The notes beneath the pieces were generated by a model, which worked only from the letters and a program-made list of their open reading frames with translations, was not told where the DNA came from and made no database searches. DNA of 64,000 nucleotides from Sminthopsis crassicaudata. Lineage: Eukaryota. The translations under genes and the position numbers were made by a program. The number at the start of each line of letters is the position of its first letter. Within the stretch, counting starts at the first letter, position 1. Location of the stretch: positions 453,185,644-453,249,643 of the forward strand of contig NC_133619.1 in the NCBI RefSeq assembly GCF_048593235.1. Direction: 5' to 3'. This document shows, in pieces, positions 1-14,455 of this stretch.

Positions 1-400
1 TGTACAGAACCACTATTCAGACACTGATTCTATCAGCCTTGAGCTGATTTGCTTCATGATTAAATCACACTTGGACCTTGTCTATATATATTTATTTAGT
101 TCTGTCATTTTATCCAAGTGAATGTTCCTCCCATTTTATAGTCTCAAAACATTCAAGATGGAAGAGAACTCAGAGATCATCTATTTCAATTGCCTCATTA
201 TGGAGAAAGAAAACAAGCCCAAAGAGAGGGTTTGCCTTTCCCAAACTCACCTGGCTAGGATGGGGCAAAACTTCAATGGTTGGGACACAATCCTTCCAAA
301 TTAGAATTCAGGTTCTTTCCCCTACACCAGAGTTTGAGCCTTGGTCTGCACTAAGAAGTAAGTTTAATTTAATTTTAAGGAGGGTTTAACTTTATGTACA

Positions 401-598
401 NNNNNNNNNNNNNNNNNNNNNNNNNNNNNNNNNNNNNNNNNNNNNNNNNNNNNNNNNNNNNNNNNNNNNNNNNNNNNNNNNNNNNNNNNNNNNNNNNNNN
501 NNNNNNNNNNNNNNNNNNNNNNNNNNNNNNNNNNNNNNNNNNNNNNNNNNNNNNNNNNNNNNNNNNNNNNNNNNNNNNNNNNNNNNNNNNNNNNNNNN
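401..598. other. Assembly gap
   Basis: Run of N. Confidence 1.
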
Positions 599-730
599 AA
601 TGAATGCAGTACCAGGCCTGAAGCCAGGAAGACTCATCTTCCTAAATTAAATCTGGCCTTAGACACTTAAAAGTTGTGTGACTTTGGACAAGTCACTTAA
701 CTCTATTTACCTCAGTTTCCTCATCTGAAG
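599..730 (+). mobile_element. CORE-SINE (Mar1/MIR-like)
   Basis: ggaagactcatcttcct...gtgtgactttggacaagtcacttaac...cctcagtttcctcatctg. Confidence 0.75.
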
Positions 731-834
731 AAGGACATGACAAATCAGTTCAGTATTTTTCCCAAGAAAACTCAAATGGGGACCCAGAAAGTTGGACACA
801 ATTGAAAACACTTGAAAAACAACAACAACACATG

Positions 835-930
835 CATAACTATACACATCCATGCATATATATCTATATGAACATATATACAAACATATATATATGTGTG
901 TGTATACATAAATATATATAATACATATAT
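835..930. repeat. (TA)n/(CATA)n microsatellite
   Basis: Direct reading. Confidence 0.85.
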
Positions 931-1043
931 AATGCATTTTAATAGGGGGATTCAACCAACCAGTTATCAAAAGTAATTTTAATATTATATAAAAATATTA
1001 AAGCTTCACCATGGATCCTAATTGTAAAAGTTCATTAAGAAGG

Positions 1044-1258
1044 GAGTATTTATATAGCTTCTACTATGTGCCAGTCATTATGCTAATTGCTATATAAGTA
1101 TTATCTCACTTGCTCACAACATTGGGAAGTAGACCCATTTTACATTAAGACCAAACAAAGATTAAGTGAGTTGCCCAGAGTCACACAAAACTAATAAATG
1201 CCTGGATTTGAGTTCAGGTCTTCCTGATTCCAGACCTAACATTCTATCCACTGTACCA
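1044..1258 (-). mobile_element. MIR-like SINE
   Basis: taagtgagttgcccagagtcacac...ttgagttcaggtcttcctgattccag...tctatccactgtacca. Confidence 0.75.
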
Positions 1259-2116
1259 CAAGTTTCCAAATCCCTACTACATATGGACCTATTCCTTACC
1301 TATTCCAGCACAAGATTTCAATCCCAAGAATCCTCAAATGGAAAAACCCTATCACAATCTGACATAGAAAGAGATTATCTCTTTTCTGAGTCTGTCAGAG
1401 TCTAATATTTGTTTGTCTCATGAACTATAGAATCTACAAATAACCCCCCTACACATCTTTCCAAATGTGGAAAGCAAAATTAAAATAATTCCTTTTTGTG
1501 ATTAAGTTTTTAGGAGGCAACTTAGAAGGCAAACACAAATGATAAAGCAAATGTGTCAGTGAGGTTGAATAAGTACATGATCTTCTCAGTGGGTACTAAA
1601 ATCTCATTTTTCAAAATAAGGCATTTTTAAAGGAGGAGGGAATGTTACTGGATGATATTTTTAAATACTCAAATGCATTTTCTTCTGCAGATTTTTAAGT
1701 GATTATTGAATTAGGGCATTTTTACTGTACAACTTCTACACTTGCATATTCGGTGCTGTGATTCAAGAACTCAGAATCATATTTGGAGAGGGACCTAAGT
1801 AGCCATCTATTAAAACCAATACACACAAAGATGCTTGTACAATATCCCTCTTTCCACAAGGTTTCATCTAGCCTTTATTTCAAAATTTCCAATAAGTATA
1901 TTCTATCCAGAATAGACATTTCATCTGTGGTCTAATTTATTAGGAAATTACATTAGTCATTCCAAAGATTGTGCTCAACTTCATGGTTGAAAGTTTTAAC
2001 AGCAACCAGACAGTTAATACTTAAATAGCACTTTCAGGTTTTAAAAATACCTTACAAATATTTATTGCTTATATCACCTTATATCAACAATCTTAAGAAA
2101 TAAATATGATCCTTCC

Positions 2117-2285
2117 TGAAATACTTACTAGATGTATGACCCTGAGCAATAGCTCCTGTTTGCTTGAGTTTTCTCATTTATAAAATGAGCTAGAGAAGAA
2201 AATGGCAAACTACCCTAGTATCTTTGCCAAGGAACCCCAAATGGGGTTATGGAGAGTCATATAAGAAGTAAAACAACCAAACAAC
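2117..2285 (+). mobile_element. Mar1-type SINE
   Basis: ctcattttataaaatgagctagagaagaaaatggcaaactaccctagtatctttgccaaggaaccccaaatgggg. Confidence 0.75.
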
Positions 2286-2717
2286 AATCTTAGTAATAAG
2301 TAGTATTTTTATTGTTTATAGATGAAAAATTGAAGCAAACAGAGATTGAGTAACTTTTACTGTGTCACACAGGTTGCAAATATTGGAAACTACAATTGAA
2401 CTCAGATCTTAATTTATAATGATCTTTGTTGCTGTATCTATCTAACATCTTAATAATTGAATCCCTAAATCCAAGGCCACCCCAGACCAGTCTAATCTAA
2501 AAAATAATCCTTAGGAAAAGTATAAAGCTTCTGAAATGTACCTATCCAAATATATACCTTTCTGTTCTAACCTCACTCATCCTAGGTACTTACCCCACCT
2601 CCCTTTCTGTTCATTCAGAGAAACTTTTAAAATACTAATAATACATAATGTGCTATATCTTCAAAGACAAAAATTTCCTAAGGGGTATTTGACTTTCATT
2701 AGGGAATAAGAAATTCC

Positions 2718-2940
2718 TAAAGATGATTGTTGTTGTTCATCCTTTTTTCTTAAGAAGGTCCATGACATCGGAGAGGTGATACCATGACATGCAAGTGAAT
2801 TGGATTTCAGTGAAGAAGGATTTGCAAGATCACCTGCCTCAGTTTCCCCCCCAGAGCCATCTGGGACCAGTGGAAAAATATAGATCAGGATGGCTGGAGA
2901 TGGTCCTGAATGCAATGGCCTTTTTAAGCTAAGGTTTATG
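2718..2940 (-). mobile_element. RTE-associated marsupial repeat (WALLSI-like)
   Basis: gttgttgttcatcc...ccatgacatgcaagtgaattggattt...agagccatctgggaccagtgg...ggctggagatgg. Confidence 0.55.
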
Positions 2941-5153
2941 ACAAATCTCAGTTTGATTGATCTATTTGATCTTAAAGTTCAAATAAAGAACAGATAACAA
3001 ATGGGATACCTACCTCCTCACAGAGAGGAGACACATTCAAGATATAGAATGAAACATTTTTGGACATGGCCAATATGGAAAATTGATTTTCTTAACTCTT
3101 CATATTTATTAGAGGTATTTTCTTTCTTTTTCTTCCAATGAGTGGATGGTATAGAGAAAGGAAATAAAGAAAATAAATGCTTACTAATTGAAAAGATACA
3201 ATTAATTTAATTTTTTAATCATAGGAGGATAAGAAGTAAGGATAGTATTTAGGGGGTCGGAGATGCTGACAATCCACTACTCCTAAAATCCAGTCCATAT
3301 CCACTAATACCAGAAAGTTTGGTTAATAGCTTATGTTTTAAAGTAAATCAAAAGTTTCAGGAGCCAAAAAAACATTGAAAATATCCAAGGATGAAAAAAA
3401 AATCATCTTGGCCACATCAAAATAGGGAAATTATAATTTACCTACTGAATTTAAAAGATTTTTCCCCATAAATAACTCAAAGAAATCCTTCACAATCATT
3501 TTTTTCCTGAAAACAATGGTGATAAATGTAATCATCCTTTTTAATAAAATCATACAATTAGACAAATTGATTTGGAAAGTATATTGAAGACCATCTAGCA
3601 CAACCCCTTAATATACAGATGATAAAATTGAAGCCTAGGGAATTTAAATGACTTCCTCAGAGTTTTTCAAATATTGCTAACCATTAGAGACAGAATTCAA
3701 ACACAGGTCTTCTGACTCCAAAAGCCAGTGCTCTTTCTACCTTACCACAGTATCTCTTAGAGCCTATCCAATCTGAGTGATCATGAGCCCTTTCCCATTC
3801 CTGGGGGTAGACATGGCGGGGGGAGAACAATGGACAAGAGCTCAGAAATTCTAGGAATTATTAGGCAACATGCTAAGAAAGATGGCCACATGATATATCC
3901 CATGCCTTTTTTACTAGCATTTACTATCTTTTCTTTCTCTGAATATTAAAAAAAAAACTTAAACATCATATTATATAAATCGTTCATAATGTTGGCATCT
4001 CTATCTAATACTGACTCTATCACACAGAAAATAAACATGACAATCAGGCTTGTAAAACAGCTCTCTTTTCTCTGTACTTCAAAAGAATGGCTTGCATATA
4101 TTTTCCCTTAAAAAAAAAAAAGGAAGAATTCTGCTCTAGACCATCCACTCTATCAAACTCCTACTCTAAATCCCCAGATAGGATGGTTATTATCATAGTA
4201 AGCATTGGGGGAGAGGTGGAGAGAATAACTCATGTGTTTTTGAGACATACTGCCAAAAATTTGCCAAGTTAGTCCATGTGTTTATAATGCTTCTATATAT
4301 AATGCATTTTTTCATTAGCTCACATGATTTCCTCCCATTTGTACTTACTATGCTTCAATATGCAGGTGATTAAAGAAATAATAAAAGCATTCATGGGGTG
4401 CTTTTCTCACAATAATACTATGAGATAATTAGTGGAAATAATTCCATTTTGCAGATGAGAAAGCTGAAGATTAGTGATATTTTTAAAGATTATATTGATA
4501 GTAAATAAAAGATACAGGCCCAGTTCATATCTGTTGGGGGGTTTTTTAAACTGTATCACATCTGCCTCTTAAGAAGTTAAGTAGGGAGACTCCACTAGTT
4601 CCTGCAGAGTCCACTGGTTGCTGTGACTTCACTAGTTGCTGAGGATACTACTAATAGCTGTAGACTCTACTATAGGCTGATAACCATCTCATTTGGCCAA
4701 GATCAGACTCCTATGGAATAGGTAAACAGGATGAAAATGGATAGATTATTTTGTTTTTGTAATAATAAGCAATGCCAGCAGTAGAGAGAATACCCTGATA
4801 AGAAATCTTCTTCCAATATAGCTTGTCAACTACTCTGGGAATTGGAGTCTTATGCTGTGACAGTGGCCCAGGATGATGCAGATTGTATTTTGTTAAAAGT
4901 GAATCTTGAATCCTAATCTTTTTGACCCAAAAGTCAACCCATGCCACATTTTATCTAGATAGACAGACAGACATCTTGGACTTGAGGTCAGAAAGCCTGA
5001 GTTCCATTTCTAAGACTTTCACATGCTAACCATATAATATTGAACAAACCATTTCAAAACTTCAGTTTCCTCATCTACAAAGGGGAAGAAATAATATCTA
5101 TACTCATACTTCATAAGAATGTTGTAGGAAGAATCTTTCATAAGCCTTTTAGA

Positions 5154-5341
5154 CAGAGGTGGGGAACCTTTTTCCTGCCAAAAGCCATTTGAATATTTAT
5201 AACATCATTTGTGAACCATACAAAATTATCAATTTAGAGAACTTGATCAGTGGGAAGTTGTTGTATCTGGCTTTCAGCTCACCATACCTGCTGTTGACTT
5301 AGCAAATGATTTTGCAGGCTTTATATACCCCATCCCACCTT
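5154..5341 (+). mobile_element. hAT-type MITE (hAT1-like)
   Basis: Starts CAGAGGTGGGGAACCTTTTT...gccatttgaatatttataacatcat; degenerate cccacc right end; TSD not recovered. Confidence 0.5.
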
Positions 5342-6094
5342 TAAGGCATTACAAAAGAATGACAATTAAGCAGGCATTTGCAAAATTAGGAGCACTGGAT
5401 TTAGAGATAGAGAATCTTAGGTTTTGAATCTTGTTGCCCTTGAGTTATTTTTCAGTTATTTCTGACCCTTCATGATCCCATGATCAAAAATTATAGAATG
5501 GCTTACTATTTTCCTCTGCAATTTATATAAAAATTGAGGAAATTTGAGGCCCAGAGTCACAGTCAGTAACTGTCTCAGGCCTTTACTCCTAATGCAGTTC
5601 AGGCAGAGTAAAATACATTAGACTATGACTTCCCTAGCTTAGTTTCCAATTCCTCTCTTAATGCGTCTAAGAACTCAGTAGCTTTAAGGAAAACCAGATT
5701 ACACTATTGACTCATTATCAATCTTAGAATCCACTAAACACTCCCCTTTCTTTTTTTCCCACACAAACAACTTAGCCCATTTTCCTCCATTTTATATTCA
5801 TGAAGCTGCTTTTCAGGAAACCATGTAAGACCTATACTCAGTCTAAGTTCTAGCATTTTTTTAGTTCCAAATTCTCTCCCTCCTACCTCCCCCTTCCCTA
5901 GCCCACTGAAAAGGCAAATAATGGGATATCAATTATAAATGTGAAATCATACAAATGTATTTCCATATTAATCATGTTGCAAAAAAAATAAAGTGAAAAA
6001 ATACTATATTTCAGTTTGTCCTGAGAGTTCAACAGTTTTTTCTCTGGAGACTGATAGCGTTTTTCTTCATGACTCCTTTGGAATTGTCTTGAAC

Positions 6095-6481
6095 ATTGTA
6101 TTGATTTGAGCAACAAAGTCTTTCCATATTTACAATATTGTTGTTACTATGTGCAAAAATCTCCTTGTATTGCTCATTTAACTTTACATCAGTTCAGATA
6201 GTCCTTCCCATGCTTTTATGAAACTATCCTGCTCATCAATTCTTATAGCACAGTAGTATTCCATCACAATCATATACTACAACTTGTCCTATCATTACCC
6301 AATTTGGGGGTATCCTCTCAATTTCTAATTCTTTCCCACTACAAAAAAAAAAGTTGTTATAAGTATTTTTGTTCATGTCAGTTTTTTCCTTATTCTTTGA
6401 TCTTTTTTGGGGGGGGTATCAAACTAGTAGTGGTATTGCTAGATCAAAAGGTATGCACAGATTTATAGCCTTTGGGGCATA
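6095..6481 (-). mobile_element. L1 3' fragment
   Basis: cttatagcacagtagtattccatcacaatcatatac...gtagtggtattgctagatcaaaaggtatgcacag. Confidence 0.75.
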
Positions 6482-6699
6482 CTCTTCATTTTCATTAATA
6501 TTCAAGCTATTTTAGGGGAAAAAAAAGTTGAACTTGACAGTGAATGAAAATGTTAGTCAATGAGAATCCACTTTGGCCAGTATAGAAATCTATCTTACCC
6601 AACAGGGCAATGCGAAGGGAAAAGGATAAGAGAAAAGCATTGGGGTTGATAAAAAGGAAGGCAGATTAAGAGAGGCAGTGATCAAAAGCAAAACTGGCT

Positions 6700-7505
6700 T
6701 TTGAAATGGACTGGATAAAAAAAAAGAAAGAGAAGGAAAGACATAAAATAATAGGCTGGAGGGAAATATATAAAAATCATAACTGCGAATGTAAGTGGGA
6801 TGAGCTCCCTCAAAAAGTGGAAAATAGCAGAATGGATGAAAAACCAGAATCCAACAATATGCTGTTTACAAGAAACATATTTGAAACAGAAGAACATACA
6901 CAGAGTTAAAATAAAGGGCTAGAGCAAATCTNNNNNNNNNNNNNNNNNNNNNNNNNNNNNNNNNNNNNNNNNNNNNNNNNNNNNNNNNNNNNNNNNNNNN
7001 NNNNNNNNNNNNNNNNNNNNNNNNNNNNNNNNNNNNNNNNNNNNNNNNNNNNNNNNNNNNNNNNNNNNNNNNNNNNNNNNNNNNNNNNTGCTCTCAGACA
7101 AAGCAAAAGAAAAAATAGACTTAATAAGAGATAATCAGGGAAACTACATTTTTATAAAAAGGTACCTTAGATAATAAAGTAATCTCAAATTTGTTTATAG
7201 CTGTGTCTCTAATAAAAGTCTCTTTTCTCAAATAAATGGGAAACAGAAGTCAAATTCATACAAATAAGAATATTCCCCAATCAATAAACTGCCAAGGTAG
7301 TTTTGGGCAGAAATTAAAGCTATCTAAAGTGATATTTTTAAAAAACACTACAAATAACTATTGATTAATAAATTAAAACAACTCTGAGATATCACTTCAC
7401 AGCTATCAGAAATGACAAATGCTGGAAGCAATGAGAGAAAATAGGTATACTGTATACTGTACTATTAGCAGAGTTGTGAACTGATCCAAATATTCTAGAA
7501 AACAA
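6700..7505 (+). mobile_element. L1 ORF2 remnants (endonuclease segment, gap, 3' fragment)
   Basis: Degenerate NVSGMSSP...IAEWMKNQNPTICCLQET-like APE endonuclease motif at about 6785-6930; aaaacaactctgagatatcac fragment near 7380. Confidence 0.8.
6932..7088. other. Assembly gap
   Basis: Run of N. Confidence 1.
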
Positions 7506-7894
7506 TTAGAATGAAATCACCATCCCCAAAAATCTAGACATCTATATGCAAAGGTAGTTTGATCTGACTAGATTTTGATAGCATACTTTTTTCACCCTCT
7601 CCAAATACACACAATATCTAAAAATAACCTGATCAAAGTGGATTCTCATTAGCTCTCATTGATTAACATCTTCATTCATTATCAAGTTAACTTTCTTCCC
7701 CCTAAAATAGCATAAATATCAATGAATCAACAGACAAAGATCTAGGTAACAAATTTGAGACATGAAACTATTAGATTTGGAAATCCTGTTTCTCTTATCT
7801 GCTGAATCAGTGGAAGGACAAGGAGCTAAGCAGGCCAGTGACATAGTAACTATGTTTACTAAAATTATTATGCATTAAAATTAGAATAAAACCT

Positions 7895-8052
7895 ATGTGA
7901 TATATGTATAATGAATGCATATAAACATATACGAATACTGAAATATATGTATATTCACATATGTATATGCACGTGTATATATGATAAAGTAATAGCATTC
8001 ACACACATACACGTACACACACACACACACGACACACACACACACACACACA
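7895..8052. repeat. (TA)n and (CA)n compound microsatellite
   Basis: Direct reading. Confidence 0.9.
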
Positions 8053-10434
8053 GAGTGAGGCAACTAGGTAAAGAAGTAGATAGATTGCTGAACTGGTAGT
8101 CTGAAAGACCTAAATTGAAATCTTTGTATACATACTTACTTAGCTATATAACTCTGGACAAAATCACCTACTATCTCTCACAGTTTCCTCAGTCATAAAA
8201 TAAGAATAGCAATCACACCTATCTCCAGAGTGGTCTTGAGGATAAAATGAGATAATTAATATTCATGAAATGATTTGCAAACCTTAAATTACTATAATCC
8301 TAGCAATTTATTAATAATATTTATATTGCAAATTACTAACATTTATATTTGTATTATTTGTATCACAAAATAAATCTTAAGTCAAGGATTAGTAACTGGA
8401 CAGAGTGGCAGTGGCATAAGCTTATGTAGAAAAATTAATCTTTTATATGAGGCAGAAGATGGGTGCATGAAATCAGCATCTGTATCCTACTTATTCAATC
8501 AACAAAGTGTGAGAAGTAGAGTTTTCTTTCCTGCAGGGTACCCCAGAGGCACATTGCTATACCCTAAGTAGAGTTAGACCCAGAAGAAAAGGTTTTTTTC
8601 TAAAAGAAATTCAGCATGATGAGCATGGGTCTTTCAGTTTACACTTCTATTTTTAAATGTTACATGGATATTTCATCACTTCATTAATAAGTTATAATTT
8701 CCATAATTATTCATATTATCTCTCTTTTGCATATTTTAGCTGTGGTTAAGAATAATACAATGCAGAAACTTGTTTAAAATATTTGACATATTTAAGAGGG
8801 CTTTTCCATTTTCAGAACATTTTTACTCAGAAAATACAATATGGAATTGAATCTGAATCTTGCTAATATTAATCTAATTGCATGTCTAATTCTATAAATA
8901 TGGGATAATGCTATTGTAAATAAATTATTGCCTAAGGCTTATTAAAAACCATTAACTTCATTTGAATACTGAATTCATTTTAACAACTGTTATGTTTTAT
9001 TCCAAAGTTAGTTAATTATATCAATATATTTTTTTCTTTAAAAAATTTTCCAGCTGTAGTGGGATTCTGGATACTTCTATCATTTACTAATTTTACTTCC
9101 AAAATAAACATTGAAGTTGATGTAGTTGTGACATTCTAGTCACACAAGTTCATTGACTTCAGTACCAGAATCACAAATTTTCAATATTGGAATAGATTTT
9201 ACAAATCATCTAGTACAAGAGTCATAGGGGTTTTGTTTTTTTTTTTTTTTGCTTAAAGATCTCTTAAGGTAGCCCTTTGTACTTTTAGATAACTCTGTTG
9301 GAAATTTTTCCTTAAATCACTCAAAACAATACATCGCAGATAATGTACCTGACTTTAGAATAAGGAAGACTTGTATTCAATTTCAGTGCCATACTACTTG
9401 TATGATCATAAACAAATCATGTGGCCACTCTGCCCTAGGCAGCTCCAAGAAAATGAATTATGGAGCATTTGCAGATCTGCATTCTAAGAGTGGTGGGAAT
9501 TTCCACCCTGGGACTTCCCTCATGAAGAAAGTATAGGAATTTTATATAATATTTGAAGGAATATAAAATATCTTCTTTGCAACATGGTGAAGTAATTTGA
9601 GCTTAGTCAGTGCTACCTAACTAGAAATTATAAAACTCTTAAGACCATTTATTATTCTGCCCCTACTAAAAGACTTATTTTAGAGGTCATAGAACTAAAT
9701 TTCCAGCAAGAATTCTTTTCATTCCATTCTGTTAATCTCATATTTCATCTTTCTCAAAGATCAAGTATGAAATCTAAAAACTGAAAACACTTAAATTTTT
9801 CTAAAGATTTTAATCTGGGGTTTATTGCACACATACAAAAATAAGAGTAAATATAAAAAGGGAAACATTTCACATTTAATTCTATTATTCAGCAGACTAG
9901 GCAGTTCCCATATTTGATCTTGCAAAAATTTTACAGACAAAATATTTGTAAACATCAATAGAGATAGTGCAACACAGTGGTACTTGGGAGATCTGGGTTC
10001 TAGCTTGAGTTCTGATAACTAGTTTGCATTGTGACTTTGAGCAATTTACCATAATACTTTTGACATTAGTTGCCTAATCTACAGAATGGGAAGAGTTGGA
10101 TTAAACAGTCTCAGATTTTTTCAAGTTCTATATATTTTTATCCTGACTTTAGTATTGCTGAATAGATCTACTAACATAAGTTATACAGGCAAGTTGTGTT
10201 TTATAGCCTAGTTAAGTCTGTATATTTATTCCCCAAAAAAGAATTGGTGAAGCAAGAAAAGGGCAGAAAAGTAAATAAAGTTGGAATTAAATGATTGCCA
10301 TTAAGTTTCTGAGGGGCAGTCACGTGGAGAAAATTTTAGATTGGTTTTACTTGGATCCAGAGAGACACTAGTACCAGTGAATCAAAGTTGCAGATATACA
10401 GATTTGCAAATGCAAACTAAACTTCCCTAACAAT

Positions 10435-10930
10435 TAGAGATGCCTTTATGGTGGCAAAGAATTGGAAAATAAGTGGATGCCCATCAATTGGGGAATGGCT
10501 GAATAAGTTATAGTATATCAAAATAATCGGATATTATTGTTCTATAAGAAATGATGAAGACACTGATTTCAGAAAATGCCAGGAAAAGCTAACATGAACT
10601 GATGCTGAGTAAAGAGAACAGAACCAGGAAAACATTATAAACAGCAACAGTAAGATTGCGTGATGAATAGCTATGATAGACTTAGCTGTTCTCAGCAATT
10701 CAGTGATCCAAGGCATTTCCAATAAACTTTGAATAGAAAATGCCATCCACATCCAAAGAAATACTTATGGAGCAGATCAATGTATACTACTTTTATTTTT
10801 TCTTGTTTTTTTTCTTTTTCATGCTTTTTCTCTTTTGTTCTGACTTTTCTCTTCCAACATGACTCATATGAAAATATATAAAAATGAATGTACATGTATA
10901 TTCTAAAAAAAAGTTTTAATTAAAAAACAA
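10435..10930 (+). mobile_element. L1 3' end
   Basis: gtggcaaagaattggaaaataagtggatgcccatcaattggggaatggctgaataag...; A-rich tail. Confidence 0.85.
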
Positions 10931-11759
10931 TTGGAGCTGCCCAGAAGTAAAAAAGGCTATCAGAGAAGGCAGTGAGTTCCATATCCAAAAGTCTTTCAGT
11001 AAAGGCTATAATGATGTTATATGTAAATTTCATATCAAGATATAGGTGGGAATTGATAATCTTTGAAATTGCTTTTAACTATGAAATTCTGCAGTCACTT
11101 CCTGTTTAAGAATCTATAGGAGAAACAAACTTTTAGCTACTATATCTTCTTATATTCTAATTCCATTAAAAATGTCATTGGGAGGTAGGGGGCCACAGTT
11201 ATTTCCAGACCTATTTTCTTAATACTATTATTTAGTGTTTTCATGTTTAGTCAGCAGTGTGCCCCACATGTTAGAAACATCAAAAGCACTACAAAACATA
11301 TGTGAATTCATAACGCTCTTCTAAAAATGATCCAAGAAATGTCATTTTAGGAGGTAAAATCAATATATATTTTGGTTCATTAGCCAAGTACATAATGGCT
11401 ATTTCTAGCATCTCCTCAGACCCTCTGTTTAACCAGACTGTGTAGCAATGCTTGGCCTGAAGCATTTCTATTTTTAGCTTTAATGGAACAGTCTTAAATT
11501 GCTTATTTTCTGTTTACTAAAGTCATCCAATTTGTTACCATGGAAACTATGACAAGTGCCATAGCTAACTGTTTTATTAAGTGGATTGAAAATACAGCTG
11601 GAAAACTTGAAGGTGTAGAATGTCAATTTTAATACACATAGAAGTATCTTCCATAAATACTGTGTTCACATTTATAGAAAATATGAAATTAGTTATAAGG
11701 GAAATACTCTACATTTTTTATTTGGAAGGCTCTAGTATCTGACTGTCTAAATTTCAATT

Positions 11760-11890
11760 GATAGCAATCCTCAACTTACACAGATGCTGCATTCCAAAGT
11801 TCATTACTAAACCAGTTACTTGTAATGCAGAACACATTTTCTTATGAAGACAGTATTATAAATGAGAGCTAGATTTCTAGGTTAGCTCAC
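11760..11890 (+). mobile_element. TcMar-Tigger-like remnant
   Basis: atcctcaacttac...tgcattccaaagttcatt...cagaacacattttcttat...ttataaatg. Confidence 0.4.
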
Positions 11891-13754
11891 AAAATGCAGC
11901 CCTGTTAATGGAGATAAAGTATAAAACTAGTAATATTAACCTGACTCAGTTTATATTGTCTACAACACAAAATGGAATTAGTGGGCTAAAATGATAAGTT
12001 CCTATTAGCAATACAGGGCCACTAGTAAGATCAAGGACTTTTAGAACATACCTGAACAAGGCTATAATAACTAAAATTTGTAGAGTGTTTTTGTACTTTC
12101 AAAGGGCAGAAATTTAAATTATCCTATGGCTCCCTCCATAAGGCCAAAGAGAAATGGTGTTAACTTTATTTGAGGGGCCTTTGTCTTTTCTATTATGTAC
12201 ACTGGAAGAATGGAAATGAAAGTAGGGTGAGGTGCTGTCCATGGATCAAGTTGAGCTAAATAAATCCTATATTCTTTTTATTCTGACAATGAGATTCTGT
12301 GGTTTGGGGTCCTGAAAATAAGAGCTAGAGTTTCTTTTATCTTGTGAGCTTCACCTCCCCAGTAAAAAATATGAAATGAATCAAACTTATTTTTGATGTT
12401 CTTTCACATTTTTGTGCTATTCTAACACCCTTAGTGACCTTTTCTCCAAGTTCACAGGCGGCACTCGAGTACCCTTATATGATTTTTAATTTTCATATTT
12501 GGGCATTGCATAATTCTCTTTTCCCTTCAGTCAAAACTCCTATAAACATTTAGTACAACTGATATCTGCTAGAGTTAGGAAGAGCATAATTTGTTTGAAC
12601 TAATACATAATAATGTATGGATGATGGATAGCATCATAACCTTCCTAGAGGCAATCTGCATTTTTTAAAGAGGGTATTTGTTAACCCAAATGAATCCTTC
12701 ATTGTTTGAATTTTTCAGCCATCCTGGAAAGTGGAAAACAAAAACAAAACAAAATAAAACAAAAACAACCTCTATTGCCTCAGGGAAAGATTTTATAGTT
12801 TTATAGGGAATAATCATATAGATGTTCCTCTAAGAATACATTCCCTTAGGAGTTCAAGTGTTCCAAAGCTATTTCTCTCTCCCCATTTTTGACCAAAAAG
12901 ATATCCTGTATCTTCCTCCTTTTATTACAAGAACTATCATAACGTTAATAGTGGGTTCTTCCAGCAAACTAGTCTGAGGTAATGGTAAAAGTACCCATTT
13001 GTGTGTAAAGGATTGGCTGAAAATTAAATCTGTAGTAAGTAATGATGTAAAAATAATGTTGTTTTCCCAATTTGTTATGTAGATTTTCTATCAGATTACC
13101 TTGTTGATTGAAGAGATCAAAATAACATTTTTATTTTAAATTAACAGTGAATGTAATCAATAATTTAATATAGTCCTCTAATTTAATAAAGGATTCCTTT
13201 TCCACCTCCCAACCCTTTAGTTTAGATGATGTGACTTTAGCAGGCTTTCTTAGAGTGAGAAAAAAATGGGAAAGAATTGTGATAGCATATTAGAACTTTA
13301 GAATTCCTTATTAATTTTATCAGGTGAAGGGAATGAGGTGGATTTGGGGAGCCTTTGAGTGGCAATATATCTGTCAAGTCTGCTTCATCTTTTAGTACTT
13401 TTATGAACTCAGAACCATTTCATCTGCAAAAATGGAGCTGATGATACTTCTACTTAAAAGCATTGTCAGAACAAATTGTTTAAACATTTTGTAATCTATT
13501 AAGGTGAAGTATAAAGGTATGATCATAAATTTGATACTAAATCCAAACATGATTAAATACATAAGCCAAATAAATAACCACAGAATTTCAAAGTTTGAAA
13601 GGACTCCATAGCCCTCTAGAAAACAAATGGTCATCCAGTCTTTCCTTGAAGATATTTTCCTTCAGGGGGAACTCATTACTTCCCAAGGCAGTCCATTCTA
13701 CTTTGGGATGATTCTGGCTCTTGGAAGATGTCACCTGAAATTTTATCTTCCCTT

Positions 13755-14455
13755 ATATCCCAAGGAAATACAAAAAAAGGGAAAGGGACCTGTATGTGGC
13801 AAAATGTTTGTGTCAGCCCTTTTTTTAGTGGCTAGAAACTGGAAAATGAACGGATGCCCATCAATTGGAGAATGGTTGGGTAAACTATGGTATATGAATG
13901 TTACAGAATATTATTGTTCTGTAAGAAATGACCAATAGGATGAATACAGAGAGGCTTGGAGAGACTTACATCAACTGATGCTGAGTGAAACGAGCAGAAC
14001 TAGGAGATCATTCTACACTTCAACAATGATACTGTATGAGGAGGTATTCTGATGGAAGTGGATATCTTCAACATAGAGAACAGCTAATCCAATTCCAATT
14101 GATCAATGATGGACAGAATCAGATATACCCAGAAAAGGAACACTGGGAAATGAGTGTAAACTGTTAGCATTTTTTTGTTTTTCTCCCCAGGTTATTTTTT
14201 ACCTTCTGAATCCAATTCTTCCTTTGCAACAACAACAACAACAACGAAATTCAGTTCTGCACATATATATTGTACCTAGGATATGCTATAACATATTTAA
14301 TATGTATGGGAATGCCTGCCATCTAGGGAAGGGGGTGGAGGGAAGTAGGGAAAATTTGGAACAGAAGGGAGTACAAGGGATAATGTAAAAAAATGTTATA
14401 ATTATAAAATTAATTTTAAAAGAAAAGAAAAAAATAAAAAAAAGAAAAAAATTTA
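13755..14455 (+). mobile_element. L1 3' end, relatively young
   Basis: ORF2 C-terminus IPRKYK/KGPVCGKMFVSALFLVARNWKMNGCPSIGEWLGKLWYMNVTEYYCSVRND*, followed by 3' UTR and poly(A)-like tail. Confidence 0.9.

Noticed and set aside
392-637. ORF-track entries spanning N runs (also 6906-7106, 14577-14994, 26450-26918, 55974-56318)
   Set aside because: They are open only because N codons contain no stop; assembly-gap artefacts.
707-970. YI/CV-rich ORFs (also 7807-8099, 49684-49896)
   Set aside because: Translations of (TA)n/(CA)n microsatellites.
13627-13938. ORFs 13627..13938, 30625..30822, 30867..31145 and 6706..6909 as host genes
   Set aside because: They are L1 ORF2 fragments with stops and frameshifts.
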